The position numbers were made by a program, and so were the translations under genes. A stretch of 64,000 nt of DNA from Candidatus Poribacteria bacterium. Its GTDB lineage: Bacteria > Poribacteria > WGA-4E > WGA-3G. Shown one piece after another: positions 42,579-53,512 of the stretch (the first letter of the stretch is position 1; each line of letters begins with the position of its first letter). Location: contig OZ251518.1 in NCBI GenBank assembly GCA_965242965.1, positions 3,520,001 through 3,584,000 on the forward strand, given 5' to 3'. The notes beneath the pieces are model-generated. The model saw only the letters and a list, made by a program, of their open reading frames with translations, had not been told where the DNA came from and did not search any database.

Positions 42579-43070
42579 TTAAGCCTTTTCGCCGGCCTGC
42601 TGTAATGCTTCATCAATAACCGATTTTCCCAAATAGATTCCGTTCGTCTGCATCTGGGTTAAAAGCGGTTTGATGGTATCAATTAACCCGTTTTCCTTTG
42701 CTTCCAGCAAAACGCCGACGGTGCCTTTAACCGATAATCCGATGTGTTGCGCATACCGTCTTGCTCGTTGCTCATCAATAATGACGAGGCGCGCGTTGTG
42801 TTCTATTGCCAAGGCAATGACTGCGGCCTCGCCCGGGTCAAGTTTTACCGGCATCAAAAGGGATGGCTGAACTGTCTTCGGAAATGTTCGGAGCCACGGC
42901 GAATTTTTCAGTGCATCCTCGCGGGCTGTCGGCTCAACCCTAAGAAACTCATTTTTGACTTCTTCAGGCATCCACACCTCTGTATAGAGTTCGCGTAGCA
43001 GCGGCAGATGGTTGAGCATCCATAGCGCGACGAGTGGGCTATTATTGATTATTACCGGATGTGTGGGCAT
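42579..43070 (-). CDS. DUF3368/COG2405-type PIN-domain protein
   Basis: NNSPL, LDPGEAAVIALA, IIDEQRARRYA, GTVGVLLEAKENG motifs. Confidence 0.85.
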   Translation of the reverse strand: MPTHPVIINNSPLVALWMLNHLPLLRELYTEVWMPEEVKNEFLRVEPTAREDALKNSPWLRTFPKTVQPSLLMPVKLDPGEAAVIALAIEHNARLVIIDEQRARRYAQHIGLSVKGTVGVLLEAKENGLIDTIKPLLTQMQTNGIYLGKSVIDEALQQAGEKA

Positions 43071-44256
43071 CCGCGCATTTTTGGCCATTCGCAAAATCCG
43101 CTGCCAGTTCCCCTGGTGTTTCGCCAAAGGGAGAAAGTCGGTATTTTCCCATAAAAATCATAAACTCGCTATACGGCATGCATGCCAGCCGTGCGGCAAG
43201 TCCGCTGCTGAGTTCATGGGTTTTGTAGTATTTCAATGCTAACATCTGACGAGTCTCTTTTTCACATTCACCCGGGTCTTTCTTGCGAGTCAGCAGGGCG
43301 GCGATGTCCTCTGGCAATTTGATGCCAATTTTCCGTTCAAAATGGCCAACGCTTTTGTAGGTGTCATGGAACGCGGCGATGATATCCAGCACCTTGAACT
43401 TGGCGGCACCCAGGTCTGCTTTTGCCTTGTCCCATTCGCGCAGCCGTAGCCACGCTTCGCCCCGGTAGTAATGCGCCTCAGCATACGCCGGGTTGAGTGT
43501 TATCGCCGTGTTGTAGTCCTGGATCGCGCGTTCGGTTTTCCCTTGGCGAAGGTAAGCCACACCGCGATTGTTGTAAGCAATCGGTTCATCCGGTGCCAAG
43601 GCTATTGCGCGATTATAGTCCGCGATGGCACGTTCGCGCTCACCTTTTCTATCATAGACAATGCCTCGATTGATATACGCCTCGGTGCAATCTGGTTTGA
43701 GCATGATTGCAGTGCTATATTCTGCAATAGCAACGTCAATCTCCTCTTTTTTACACAAAGCGATGCCGCGGTTGACATACGCCTCGGCAAGTTTGGGATC
43801 GAGTGCTATCGCCGTGTTATAGTCTTCAATGGCGACGGCCATCGCTGTCGGATAGGGAGTTTCGCTGCAACGGCTAGGGGCCGGGTTCATGCCTACTGGG
43901 ACGTTATAGCGTTTGAGGATTGCGTCAACCTCGCCGTTTTTTTCGTAAGCGATGCCGCGATTGACGTAGGCTTCGGCAAACGTTGACTCTAATTCAATCG
44001 CCTTGCTCAACACTGTGATAGCCATGTCATGGGAGCCGCATTTGATGGAATCCAACCCCAAATTGTAGTAGGCGTTCACGTAATCCGGACGCAATTCGAT
44101 CGCCTGCATAAAAGCACCGATTGCCAAACCGTGCTCGCCTTCTTCACTATAAGCGATACCGCGGGCGTTGTATGTTTCGGCTAATTCTGCCTCTTGCAGT
44201 GTGTCAAGTGCCGTGTCAGCAAAGCCGACAGGAACTGCGATGAACTCTAGCATCAC
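43042..44256 (-). CDS. TPR protein with C-terminal UPF0175-like antitoxin domain
   Basis: About 7 TPRs, then LALKYYKTHELSSGLAARLACMPYSEFMIFMGKYRLSPF. Confidence 0.8.
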   Translation of the reverse strand: MMLEFIAVPVGFADTALDTLQEAELAETYNARGIAYSEEGEHGLAIGAFMQAIELRPDYVNAYYNLGLDSIKCGSHDMAITVLSKAIELESTFAEAYVNRGIAYEKNGEVDAILKRYNVPVGMNPAPSRCSETPYPTAMAVAIEDYNTAIALDPKLAEAYVNRGIALCKKEEIDVAIAEYSTAIMLKPDCTEAYINRGIVYDRKGERERAIADYNRAIALAPDEPIAYNNRGVAYLRQGKTERAIQDYNTAITLNPAYAEAHYYRGEAWLRLREWDKAKADLGAAKFKVLDIIAAFHDTYKSVGHFERKIGIKLPEDIAALLTRKKDPGECEKETRQMLALKYYKTHELSSGLAARLACMPYSEFMIFMGKYRLSPFGETPGELAADFANGQKCADAHTSGNNQ

Positions 44257-44340
44257 TTTTTCTCCTTTACAAAGTTGATTGCGTCTGGGAATATAATAAC
44301 GGATTAGCGGACAGAAGTCAAGCGAAATTCGCGATTTGTC

Positions 44341-44722
44341 TGAGGGTATTTCATATCTCGATGGCTTCCCCGTAGGAGAGCCCTCCCGGTCTCGATGCGA
44401 GCGGTGTCCCCGTAACCGAGCTCTCCTGGTCTCGATGCAATTTGTCCTTGTCCCTCGCTATCGTCCGCGTAATCCAACGCTCGCGGGGGACAGGCCCCCG
44501 CGCTACGGTTGTCAAGGCCGCTTCCTTTCATCGTAGGGCGAGGGCCTGTCCCTCGCCATGCTTCGATCCACCGAACGCTCGCGGGGGACAGGCCCCCGCG
44601 CTACGGTAACGGGAGGGGTTCTTAGTCGAAAAACGCCGTCCTTTCCCGTAGGGCGAGGGCCTGTCCCTCGCCATGCTGCGGTCTACCGGACAGTCGCGGG
44701 GGACAGTCCCCCGCGCTACGGT
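44341..44722. repeat. Modular REP cluster; supplies the TAG stop of the R-M gene
   Basis: TGAGGGTATTTCATA end; the GTAG of the last unit contains stop codon 44716-44718. Confidence 0.8.
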
Positions 44723-47700
44723 ACTGTGACATTAATGCCATAAAGCGCAGCCACCTCCCGTTCCAGCACAACCTCAAGCGCAGATACATCCGCCGCAAAA
44801 TCCGCGCGTTTCGCAGACAGAATCGCATCAACTAACGCAACAACCGGTGCCTGCCGCGCCGGCGAAACATCTGGAATCGGCAGTTTCTTCCAATCATCCG
44901 GATAGAGGTGGATATTGCTCCGACGATTTGCCATTAAGAAATCACGCGCTACGTTTGAATTCATCACGCCGAGCAGGAACTTCACCGAGAATCGACGACT
45001 CGTTTTTTCCAATTCTTCGCGCCGCGGGAGTTCCGGACGCTGAGGCTTTTCATCACGATAACGAGCCTTCTGTTTTATCGAGCGGTTCCGAACCCCTGCT
45101 AAATCGTGCCAAAGCACGAAGGACCAGGCTGATTGATTATGACGGAGATGCTGAGCATCGTAGGATACCTTCAATTTCTCAACGCCAGCCGCCATGTCCG
45201 CCGAAATTAATCTTTCCGCAACTTCGTATAATTCGGGAAACGTTGTTGACGTGAATAAGGCAGGCGCGCGTTCTGTCCCCCACTCCAGCCATTTCTTTGT
45301 CGCGGGCAGCCAGCGCGCGAGATGTTTGCCTTCCACAAACGGTTTCGGGTGAGTTGCGTCTTGGATATCTGAAACCAAATCCCGCACGCCAAACGCGCCG
45401 CGCGCGTGCTTGTTCGCATGAACTACCATCCCAACAGAGATATAGCAGAGGGTTTCAAGCGTCACCGTTGGAACAGAAAACTGCTGAACCTCGGTATCTT
45501 CCGGAAAAAAGAGACGATAGGTGAGGTTCCGTTGTGCGTCGGTTGGCAATAGAGTAACGTTCCCAAATTCGGGCCCGTGCAGCCTGCGTTCCGGTTGATG
45601 CTCGCGCCCATCAACTCTCTGAAACAGATAGGTGATATTCCGCACGGCGGCATCGAAGATTCGGATATCGCGGAAGAAGTCAAGGCGACATATCCGACTA
45701 TTCTCCCGAAACCACTCCTGCGATTTCTGGGCATACTTCGCGTGACAATAGGCATCCGAAACGATGAATGTCGTGAAACCTCCCGGCTTGAGCAGTTTGT
45801 AGCTGCGCTCAATAAATGGAATGTAGAGATCCCACTTTCCGAAGAGGGTTTCATACTGCGCGCTATCCTTAATTGCCTGACGCAACGCCTGTTGCCCCGG
45901 TGCATCCGCTCTCACGTAAGGCGGATTACCAATCGTAATATCAAATCCTGCCGAAATCCCAAACATCCATTCCGCATTGAAGAAATCAGCAGAGGCGTTC
46001 TGATTATACGGGTCCCACGCTGCCAACTCTTGCGCCGTGCCACTCGGTAAGCCTAAGTCAGCAAGCAACGCGCTTATCTCCGTGCGCAAACGTTTATCCT
46101 GCCGGCGATACCGCGCCTTCGTCCGAAGCGTGCGAGCCGTGAAATGACGACGACGCACCTCTGATAGCTCCCGCTCCTTCTCGCTGATGTCGGGGCTGCG
46201 GAGAGACAATTGTCCTTCAATGCCGAGCAGCGTGTTCGCCGCAACGAACTTCGTTTCCAAATTCGGCAACGGCCGCACACCGCGATTCGCCTGTGTTTCG
46301 TCTAGCCGCTGATCGACGATAAGCGAGATGAAGAAGCGCAGCTTGGCAATCTGCGTCGCAATCGGCTGGATGTCCACGCCGTAGATGCAGTTTTCTATCA
46401 GATAGAGTTTCCTGCCGTAGTCCAGTTCGTTCCGTTCAAACGCGTCGTTGATGCTCTCTATCTCGCTTTCAAGTTCGTGGAGCGTGTTTTCGCGGAACGT
46501 GCTGTCGTCAATCTGTTCGGCGGCGGCGATGGTGCGGCGCACCCTGTCTATCTGGCGTTGCCGCCACTGTGCATTGCCCGGGTCAAGTTTACCAAGCAGG
46601 AAGACGAGTTTGTGCAGGATGCCCATCGGGAAGGCACCGGAGCCGCAGGCAGGATCGAGGATTTTGAGCGCGTCAATGGCGGTGATGAGGCACTCGGTTT
46701 CTGCTTCGGTGAACCGATGCGGTTCATCGGTATAGGCGAGGAGGTGGCGCAGGGCTGCGTCCAAATCGGTGGACTTTACCCCCCCCCTTCGCGTCACAGA
46801 TGTTAACTCTTAAGGCGTTTTTCAGATAGGCGATGAGGGATTCATTTACCATGTAATTGACGATGTCGCGCGGCGTGTAAAACGAGCCGGTCTGCTTGCG
46901 TGCGGTTATCCCCGTTTCGGGGTTAGAGGCGGCGAGGAGGTTTTCAAAGACGCGCCCGAGCAACTCGGGGTCCAACGCAACTTCCTCCTCGATGGGCGTA
47001 TTCTCGGATATCGTGAACTTATAGCGGTTGAGAATGTGAATGATGCCGCGCACGGTATAGCGTCGGTTTCTCGTGCCGTAAACGGCGTTGAGATCTACGG
47101 TGTGTTCTTCGGCGAAGAAGAGTTCGTTGGGGACGCGCAGTGGGTTGTCGTCCCTGTCAGAAAAGCCTTCTACCCGTAAGATGCGTTGCGGCTGTTCAGC
47201 ATCGGGTTTATCCAAACACTCAAACAGGCCGCCATTGAGGAACGGAATTGTCTCAAAGAGGCGGCGTGCTTCTTCGGGTTCCCGAAAATAGCGTTTGTAT
47301 CGGTAAAGCGAGGTGATGTTATAGTGCTGTTGTCCATCGCCACGGAACTGGCGGCGGTTTGGATGTTCCGGGGTGTTCATCTCCTGATTGAGCGTCGCGA
47401 AAAAGAGGTTTTGGAGGATGGCTTTGTAGTAGGAGGAATCGAGCCCGGCGTTCTCGCCTACGGGGGAGATGAGCAGTCTGTTTATCTCCTTTTCATCAAA
47501 GAGCGCGTCTGGGACGAGCCCTTTCTCCTTGAGAAACCAGACGAAGATAAGCCGCGTAATGAGCCGGATGACGCACGTAGCATTGCGCCCGGCAACGTCT
47601 TCGCCGGCATCGGCGGGGAAGGTGACGTTGTCCACAGCCCAGAAATACCAATCGGCGAGTTCCCGGAAGAAGCGTTTGTTGAGCGCGGCACTATCCAGCG

Positions 47701-48352
47701 TCTTCTGCCACGCTTGATGCAATTCAAGGAAATTGGTGAACTGATGGGCTCGGTGAAGTTCGCCGAGGGATAAGTCCGCCAGAATGTCCACGTGTGCGCG
47801 GTGCGGGTTGACGATGTCAATATCCTTGATGAGACTGACTTTTTCGAGGACATCCCGTTCTCCCTCACGCTGGCTAGGACGGCGATGGATGAGGGAGAAA
47901 GTGAGCGTCTGTCCATGCTGAAAGAGGAGCATCGCGGGCATGGCGAACACTTTGTTGATTTCGCGGGTGATGTTGGCGAGCGCGGTGCGAGTGTAGACAG
48001 TCCCCCGCAGTTTGACAGCGAGGAAGAGATAGGCACGGTAGATGTCTGGGTTGAATCCGTCCTGTGCCGCGAAGGTTATGGTGCCTTGGGACTGCTGCGC
48101 GATTTCGTCTTCGGTGAGTTGGAAGAGAAAGTCGCAGGTATCCCATTCTGACAGTAACGCCTTTTCAGGGTTGAGCGTCCAACGCGCGAGGAATCCCTCG
48201 GCGGTGTTGGGTTCAATGGTAAGCGTTCTGTCGCTATCATAACCTAACACGCCGAGGAGATGACGCGCGTTATCGGCGAGGGAACCGGATGTGAACCGAC
48301 TAAGTGCCGCTTGAATCTGGGCTTTGTGGGATGCGTCGTTCATAAGTTGCAT
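44716..48352 (-). pseudogene. Type IIG/Eco57I-like N6-adenine methyltransferase (R-M) gene, frameshifted in a G9 tract
   Basis: The 5' ORF has FLNGGLF, LGRVFENLL and RKQTGSFYTP. The 3' ORF has ILDPACGSGAF, YGVDIQ, IGNPPY and a TaqI-C-like TRD. Removing one G from 46779-46787 fuses the two ORFs. Confidence 0.88.
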
Positions 48353-49349
48353 TCAGAAAATCGACTAATTCCGCGAAGTTATCGAAGATGCGTTCGCAGA
48401 GGTTTTCAAAAAAAATGCTCCGTTCGCCGCTGTAAACAGCGTAGACAGGCTTGTTATAGCGAGAGGCATAGTTCATCTCACTCAGCACGCCGGGCGACAA
48501 CTTGTCCGTAGGATAGATAACCACCACGAAATCACTCTGATGGAGAAACTGATAATCACGGGAGATAGTGCGGGTTTTGATTTGTTGAATGACGTTCTCG
48601 TCGATTGTCGGGATGCGGCGGTCCAACCCTATCGTCGAAGATTGGCTTTCCCGGACGAGTGCCATGTCCTTAATCGAAAGCGGATCAAAGACAATAAATG
48701 CCTCTCGCAGTTTTGCGCCGAGTGCACGAATCTCCTCAATTTCCGCCGGTGTCTCCCGCAAAATCGTGATGGGATAGCTGAGATACAGCGACGGTTTTGA
48801 AGAGAAAATCAGTTCATAAAAGTTATCAAGCGGATGCTGGCGCGCGACGGTGTAGTGGGATTTCTGATAGAGATTCGCGAGCTGCTTCGTCAGGAATTCC
48901 TCCTCGTCAATCCAGACGTTGAGCGTATCGTGCCCGACGTTGCTCCACTGCGGGTTGTTCGCCATCCGGTTGGAGATGTCGGCGATGTTGTCAACGACGT
49001 TAATAAAAAGGTCTGGCGGGAAGCACTCGATCTCCTTAAACGAGATGCCTTCCAGCAGTGTGCCGCGCCAGCGGAAGCAGGCGTGCAAACCGATAACGGC
49101 GTGCTCGTAGTCGTCGGCGCGTTTGGCGATTTCATAAAAGGCAGCGCGACGCGCAAGGGATAAGACAGCCGGATCCGAATCCAGCACCTTTTCCGTGAAA
49201 CGGATGCCGGATGCAGCGGCGGCGTTGTGCATGAAATCGCCGACGTTAAAGAAGCCGATGTCTATCTCTTTTTGGTGACAGAGTGCCTCGAAATCGGCGA
49301 TGAGTTCCTTGCGGCCGGCGCAGCTGATGCCGGTGCAGATGATGTTCAT
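48300..49349 (-). CDS. Adenylate-kinase-like P-loop domain fused to a nucleoside 2-deoxyribosyltransferase-like domain
   Basis: N-terminal ICTGISCAGR and HACFRW; C-terminal LYLSYPIT, VFDP, RDYQFLHQSD, SPGVLSEMNYA, KPVY. Confidence 0.65.
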   Translation of the reverse strand: MNIICTGISCAGRKELIADFEALCHQKEIDIGFFNVGDFMHNAAAASGIRFTEKVLDSDPAVLSLARRAAFYEIAKRADDYEHAVIGLHACFRWRGTLLEGISFKEIECFPPDLFINVVDNIADISNRMANNPQWSNVGHDTLNVWIDEEEFLTKQLANLYQKSHYTVARQHPLDNFYELIFSSKPSLYLSYPITILRETPAEIEEIRALGAKLREAFIVFDPLSIKDMALVRESQSSTIGLDRRIPTIDENVIQQIKTRTISRDYQFLHQSDFVVVIYPTDKLSPGVLSEMNYASRYNKPVYAVYSGERSIFFENLCERIFDNFAELVDFLNATYERRIPQSPDSSGT

Positions 49350-49364
49350 ATTTATGTTCCAATA

Positions 49365-49580
49365 ATGGCGAGGGACAGGCAGGCATTGGGCCCACCTCTG
49401 TAGTTCGGGAGCGCCCGATCCCGAACGGGTCAAGATCGCTTGGCAAACATGCCAGAGCTTCAGACGATCTTGACCTACAGGGGTGAGGCGTTCTGAACAC
49501 CAAAACGCATGGCGAGGGACAGGCCCTCGCCCTACGATAGAGAAGATGTCTCCGGTAGGAGAGACCTCCTGGTCTCGATG
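49365..49580. repeat. REP cluster
   Basis: GTAGTTCGGGAGCG...CCCGAAC and GAGACC modules. Confidence 0.75.
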
Positions 49581-49594
49581 CCTCGATGCCTCCC

Positions 49595-50380
49595 TCACGA
49601 AGATAACCGGGCCAATGCCGCCTGCTCCTCTTTTTGCCATGGACGGTGCGCCGGTGTCTCCAATTTCTTCGGCGGACCGCCGAAGACGAGGATGTATGCA
49701 CGCCGTTCTCGCGCGGTGCTATTCGGCGCGGCGTAATGTAACGTGCGGCAGTGATGGAACGTCGCACCACCCGCGGGAATCGGGCATGCGACTGCCTCGG
49801 ACGTATCCACATCGTCCGTGACTAAGCCGTGAACGAGCGGGTCATTGTCAATATGCCGATGCCACCGAACCTCACCTTTGTGGGATTTCGGAATGAATTG
49901 GAGGCACCCGCTCTCCACCGTCGCCGTGTCAAGCGGCAGCCAGACGCTGAGGCTGTGCGGCAAGACTTCGGGATTCCAATACGCTTCGTCTTGATGCCAC
50001 GGGGTTTCATTGCCGTAATGCGCAGGCTTCAAGATCATGTGTCCACCACCGCTAACCTTTTCCGAGTCTACGCTGAGTAGCGTGGCGGCGAGTCGGTGCG
50101 CGTTTTGGAAGTAAATCGTCTCGCGGAGCACTGGGAATTGCGCCTCCGGTCCGAGCACTTGCGGCAACGTTTCGCGTCCCTTGTGTGCACGCGGACCGGC
50201 GAGATCGAAGTAGCGTCCCTCCGCCTCGCCGGTGCGTTCCGTGAAAAGTTCATCGTAGATGCCCTTTAGGAATTCGACCTCTTCATCTGTCGTGATGCGA
50301 GGGATGCTGAGGTAGCCGTTCGCTTGGAAAAAGGCGATTTGTTCGTCGGTCACTTCAGCGTGGAAGTTGTTAGATTTCAT
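49595..50380 (-). CDS. PhyH-family dioxygenase
   Basis: TPWHQDEAYW, VWLPLD, GCLQFIPKSH, TLHYAAPN motifs. Confidence 0.9.
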   Translation of the reverse strand: MKSNNFHAEVTDEQIAFFQANGYLSIPRITTDEEVEFLKGIYDELFTERTGEAEGRYFDLAGPRAHKGRETLPQVLGPEAQFPVLRETIYFQNAHRLAATLLSVDSEKVSGGGHMILKPAHYGNETPWHQDEAYWNPEVLPHSLSVWLPLDTATVESGCLQFIPKSHKGEVRWHRHIDNDPLVHGLVTDDVDTSEAVACPIPAGGATFHHCRTLHYAAPNSTARERRAYILVFGGPPKKLETPAHRPWQKEEQAALARLSS

Positions 50381-50384
50381 AAAT

Positions 50385-52163
50385 TCACCGAATTACAATA
50401 TCATAAGGTAAAATAGTGATAACCTGCTCGTTTTTGAACAGATTCAGCATCACGGAAATATAGTGCCACTGCGCTTGCATCGCGGGGAATGGGAGATACG
50501 CGGGCAGCGACATTTTCGCCCCCGGCACTTCTATCATGTTCTCTAACATCCGTTCAAAGAAGGTGCGCGGTTTCGGCAGGACGATGAGCTGCGGCTCAGA
50601 TTCCACGTTGAAACCACCCTGTTCTTTGGCGATAGCGAGTGCCTTCTCCAATCCGCCGAGTTCATCGACGAGCCCGAGCTCTTTCGCCTGCTTACCTGTC
50701 CAGACTCTCCCCTGCGCGATGGCATCGATTTCGGCGTAAGACTTGTCTCGTCCTTCTGCCGCTTTACGAACGAAGTCTTGGTAGACGGTTTTCATCAACT
50801 TTTCGACGCGTTCGCGTTCTGTCGGGGTAAAGCCGCCGTAATCAGAGTAAAGCGTGGCGTTTGTGCCGTGCGCGATGATCTCCTTTGTCAACCCGACTTT
50901 GTTATAGAGCCCTTTCATGTTGAGTTTGCCGCCCAGAACGCCGATGGAGCCGGTGAGCGTACCGGGTTGCGCCACGATGGTGCCAGCGGCCATGGCGATA
51001 TAGTAACCCCCAGAGGCGGCGATATCGGACATGGAGACGATGACAGGTTTTGCGTTCTGTGTTCGGACAACCTCGCGCCAGATGAGGTCGGAGGCGAGGG
51101 CGGAGCCGCCGGGACTATCCACGCGCAGCACAACGGCGTGCACCAACTTATCCTCGCGCGCCTTTTCAAACGCTTCCCGCAATTCTCTCGGTGTAATCGC
51201 GGCGGAAGTGGCGAAGATGTCATCGACACCTGTCATAATCGGGCCGCTTGCGTAGATGAGCGCGATTTTCGGTTCTTCGGTTTTCGGTTGGGCGCGCTGC
51301 GCGGTGTTTAACATGGAGAACAGCTGCATGATGCCTGCGAAGCTGCTCATATCTGGTGCGCGCCGTTTCCGTTCCCTGTCTGGCTTGTGGACATGGACGG
51401 TTTCATGGGTTTTGAGTTCGGCGAGGAATTCGTCATAATAGTGCAATACGTCAACGAGGTTCGCCTCGCGCGCTTCTTCGGCAGTGAAAGGCCCTTGATT
51501 TATCAGCATCGCGACGGTTTCCGAGTCCATGCTGTCGCGTCCCGCCGCGACTAGAACGCAAAGTTGTCCGTAAAGTGCGTCAAGGAGCGTCGTCATTGAT
51601 TCGCGGAAGGCATCGGACATGCCATCGCGCGTGTAAGGTTCGATGCCGGATTTGTATTTTCCCATCGCCAGCATATCGGCGTGGATGTCCAACTTCTCCA
51701 GCAATCCTTTGAAGAAGAGGATTTCGGCGCGCAGCCCTGTGAGAGTGAGGCTTCCGGTGGGCATCAAGACGACGCGCTTCGCCGCCGCGGCGAGGACATA
51801 TTCGGCAGTGCCACCACTTTCTAGATAAGCAACGGTATCCTTCCCTGCATCGCGAAGTTCGAGCAGTTTATTTTGAATCTCCTGCAGTTTCGCCCATCCG
51901 ATGCTGACATTTCTGATTTTGAAGATAATGCCAGTGAGTTCATCGTCGCCTCGGAACCCATCAAGTTTTTTGAGGAGCCCGTGGAGGGTTTCGGTTGATG
52001 CATTTCCGCCGAATACGCTGGCGAATTTGACATCGGGATAGGAGCCGCTCAGCGTGAGTTCGACGTAGTTCTTCGCGGGCGGCGGTGTCTCCTCGGCGTG
52101 CTCTTCGGCGAACGCGGGCGAGACGATGAGGAGGAACGCGATAAGTATGTATAACGATTTCAT
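50385..52163 (-). CDS. sppA: Signal peptide peptidase SppA (long form)
   Basis: GKYKS, LRVDSPGGSA, AASGGYYIA, TGSIGV, GRVWTG, GLVDELGG motifs. Confidence 0.92.
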   Translation of the reverse strand: MKSLYILIAFLLIVSPAFAEEHAEETPPPAKNYVELTLSGSYPDVKFASVFGGNASTETLHGLLKKLDGFRGDDELTGIIFKIRNVSIGWAKLQEIQNKLLELRDAGKDTVAYLESGGTAEYVLAAAAKRVVLMPTGSLTLTGLRAEILFFKGLLEKLDIHADMLAMGKYKSGIEPYTRDGMSDAFRESMTTLLDALYGQLCVLVAAGRDSMDSETVAMLINQGPFTAEEAREANLVDVLHYYDEFLAELKTHETVHVHKPDRERKRRAPDMSSFAGIMQLFSMLNTAQRAQPKTEEPKIALIYASGPIMTGVDDIFATSAAITPRELREAFEKAREDKLVHAVVLRVDSPGGSALASDLIWREVVRTQNAKPVIVSMSDIAASGGYYIAMAAGTIVAQPGTLTGSIGVLGGKLNMKGLYNKVGLTKEIIAHGTNATLYSDYGGFTPTERERVEKLMKTVYQDFVRKAAEGRDKSYAEIDAIAQGRVWTGKQAKELGLVDELGGLEKALAIAKEQGGFNVESEPQLIVLPKPRTFFERMLENMIEVPGAKMSLPAYLPFPAMQAQWHYISVMLNLFKNEQVITILPYDIVIR

Positions 52164-52244
52164 TGTTTTCTCCGTGATTGTTTTGATATTTTTATTATAG
52201 CATGCAGGTGGGTTTTGTGTCAAAGATTAAATGATGCTAGTTAA

Positions 52245-52825
52245 TTGAGGGTGTTTTATAACTCGCTCAACGTTGCGGTGACAGGCCCCGCGCTACGGTA
52301 AAAAAACGCCTCTCCTTTACGTAGGGCGAGGGCCTGTCCCTCGCCATGCAGCGATCGCGGGGGACAGGCCCCCGCGCTACGGGAAAAAACGGCACTTCAC
52401 CGTAGGGCGAGGGCCTGTCCCTCGCCATGCCACATGTGCATGCGAGCGGGTTTCCCTCGCCATCGTTCGCTCGCCGGAAAAAACGTCTCTTGTTCTCTTC
52501 AGGTCCGTAGGACCTTAATGTCTATAGCACGCGCGCCTGCAAAGAACGCTAAGGTCCTTTAGGTCCTTAATAACTTTTGCCATGCGGCGCGTGTTTTTTA
52601 TTAAGGACCTAAAGGACCTTGAAAACAGCGCGACACGTGTTTCTATAGACATTAAGGACCTAAAGGACCTAAAACGCCACTGTTTGACGATAGAGATCGC
52701 GGGGGACAGGCCCCCGCGCTACGATAAAAGACGGTTCTTGAGAAAACGCGGGGGACAGGCCCCCGCGCTACGGGAACATCGAGACCAGGAGGTCTCTCCT
52801 ACCGGACAATGGGGAGCCCTACGTT
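52245..52825. repeat. Modular REP cluster
   Basis: TGAGGGTGTTTTATAA end plus all modules. Confidence 0.85.
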
Positions 52826-52895
52826 AGACACCAGCAAAAACTTGACAATGCTTTTGGAATGAGGGTATACTCTTGCATGCAGGAGGTTGAATGCG

Positions 52896-53501
52896 ATGGC
52901 TTATAGTAGTTTCACGTTAGATACAGTCGTGACAACGTTTCAGTTAAACATCGTTGAATCCGCTGCGCTCTTCGCTGGAATAGAACCGGTGGCACCGCGG
53001 GCGCATTTTACGGCGGATTTGGCGAGAAGAGTGCAGCTGGCAAGTGCCATAAACACCGAGAAAGCGAAATCGGAATTGATAGTCGCTGAGATACTGTTTG
53101 AACTACAGGAGCACTTCAACCGGCGCATCAGTCTTTTTTCCGGCATTGAGTTGAGTGTGGATAGCGAAAGCGGTCTCGTCGGCGTATGCGATTTTTTAAT
53201 CAGCCTGTCGCCGGTGCAGTCAATGTTAGAGGCACCGATTGTCAGTCTGGTTGAGGCGAAAAAAGCAGACTTGACGCTGGGCCGCGGGCAGTGCGCCGCC
53301 GAGATGCTCGCCGCGCAACGCTTTAACGCGCAAAAAGGGAATGACATCCCCTGCGTTTACGGCGCGACGACTACCGGCATCGATTGGCAATTCCTGAAAT
53401 TGAGAGAAAAGGAACTGCACATCGATCTGGAGATTTATCCTATCCAGCAGTGTGAGAAAATACTCGGTATCCTCGCGAGCATGGTGGCGCAAGAAGCTTA
53501 G
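52896..53501 (+). CDS. Hypothetical protein, possible PD-(D/E)XK-fold
   Basis: AGGAGG RBS; upstream TTGACA-18bp-TATACT (52842-52871); GVCDFLIS...VEAKK...GQCAAEM...TTGIDWQF. Confidence 0.7.
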   Translation: MAYSSFTLDTVVTTFQLNIVESAALFAGIEPVAPRAHFTADLARRVQLASAINTEKAKSELIVAEILFELQEHFNRRISLFSGIELSVDSESGLVGVCDFLISLSPVQSMLEAPIVSLVEAKKADLTLGRGQCAAEMLAAQRFNAQKGNDIPCVYGATTTGIDWQFLKLREKELHIDLEIYPIQQCEKILGILASMVAQEA

Positions 53502-53512
53502 CGTTTTGGGCA

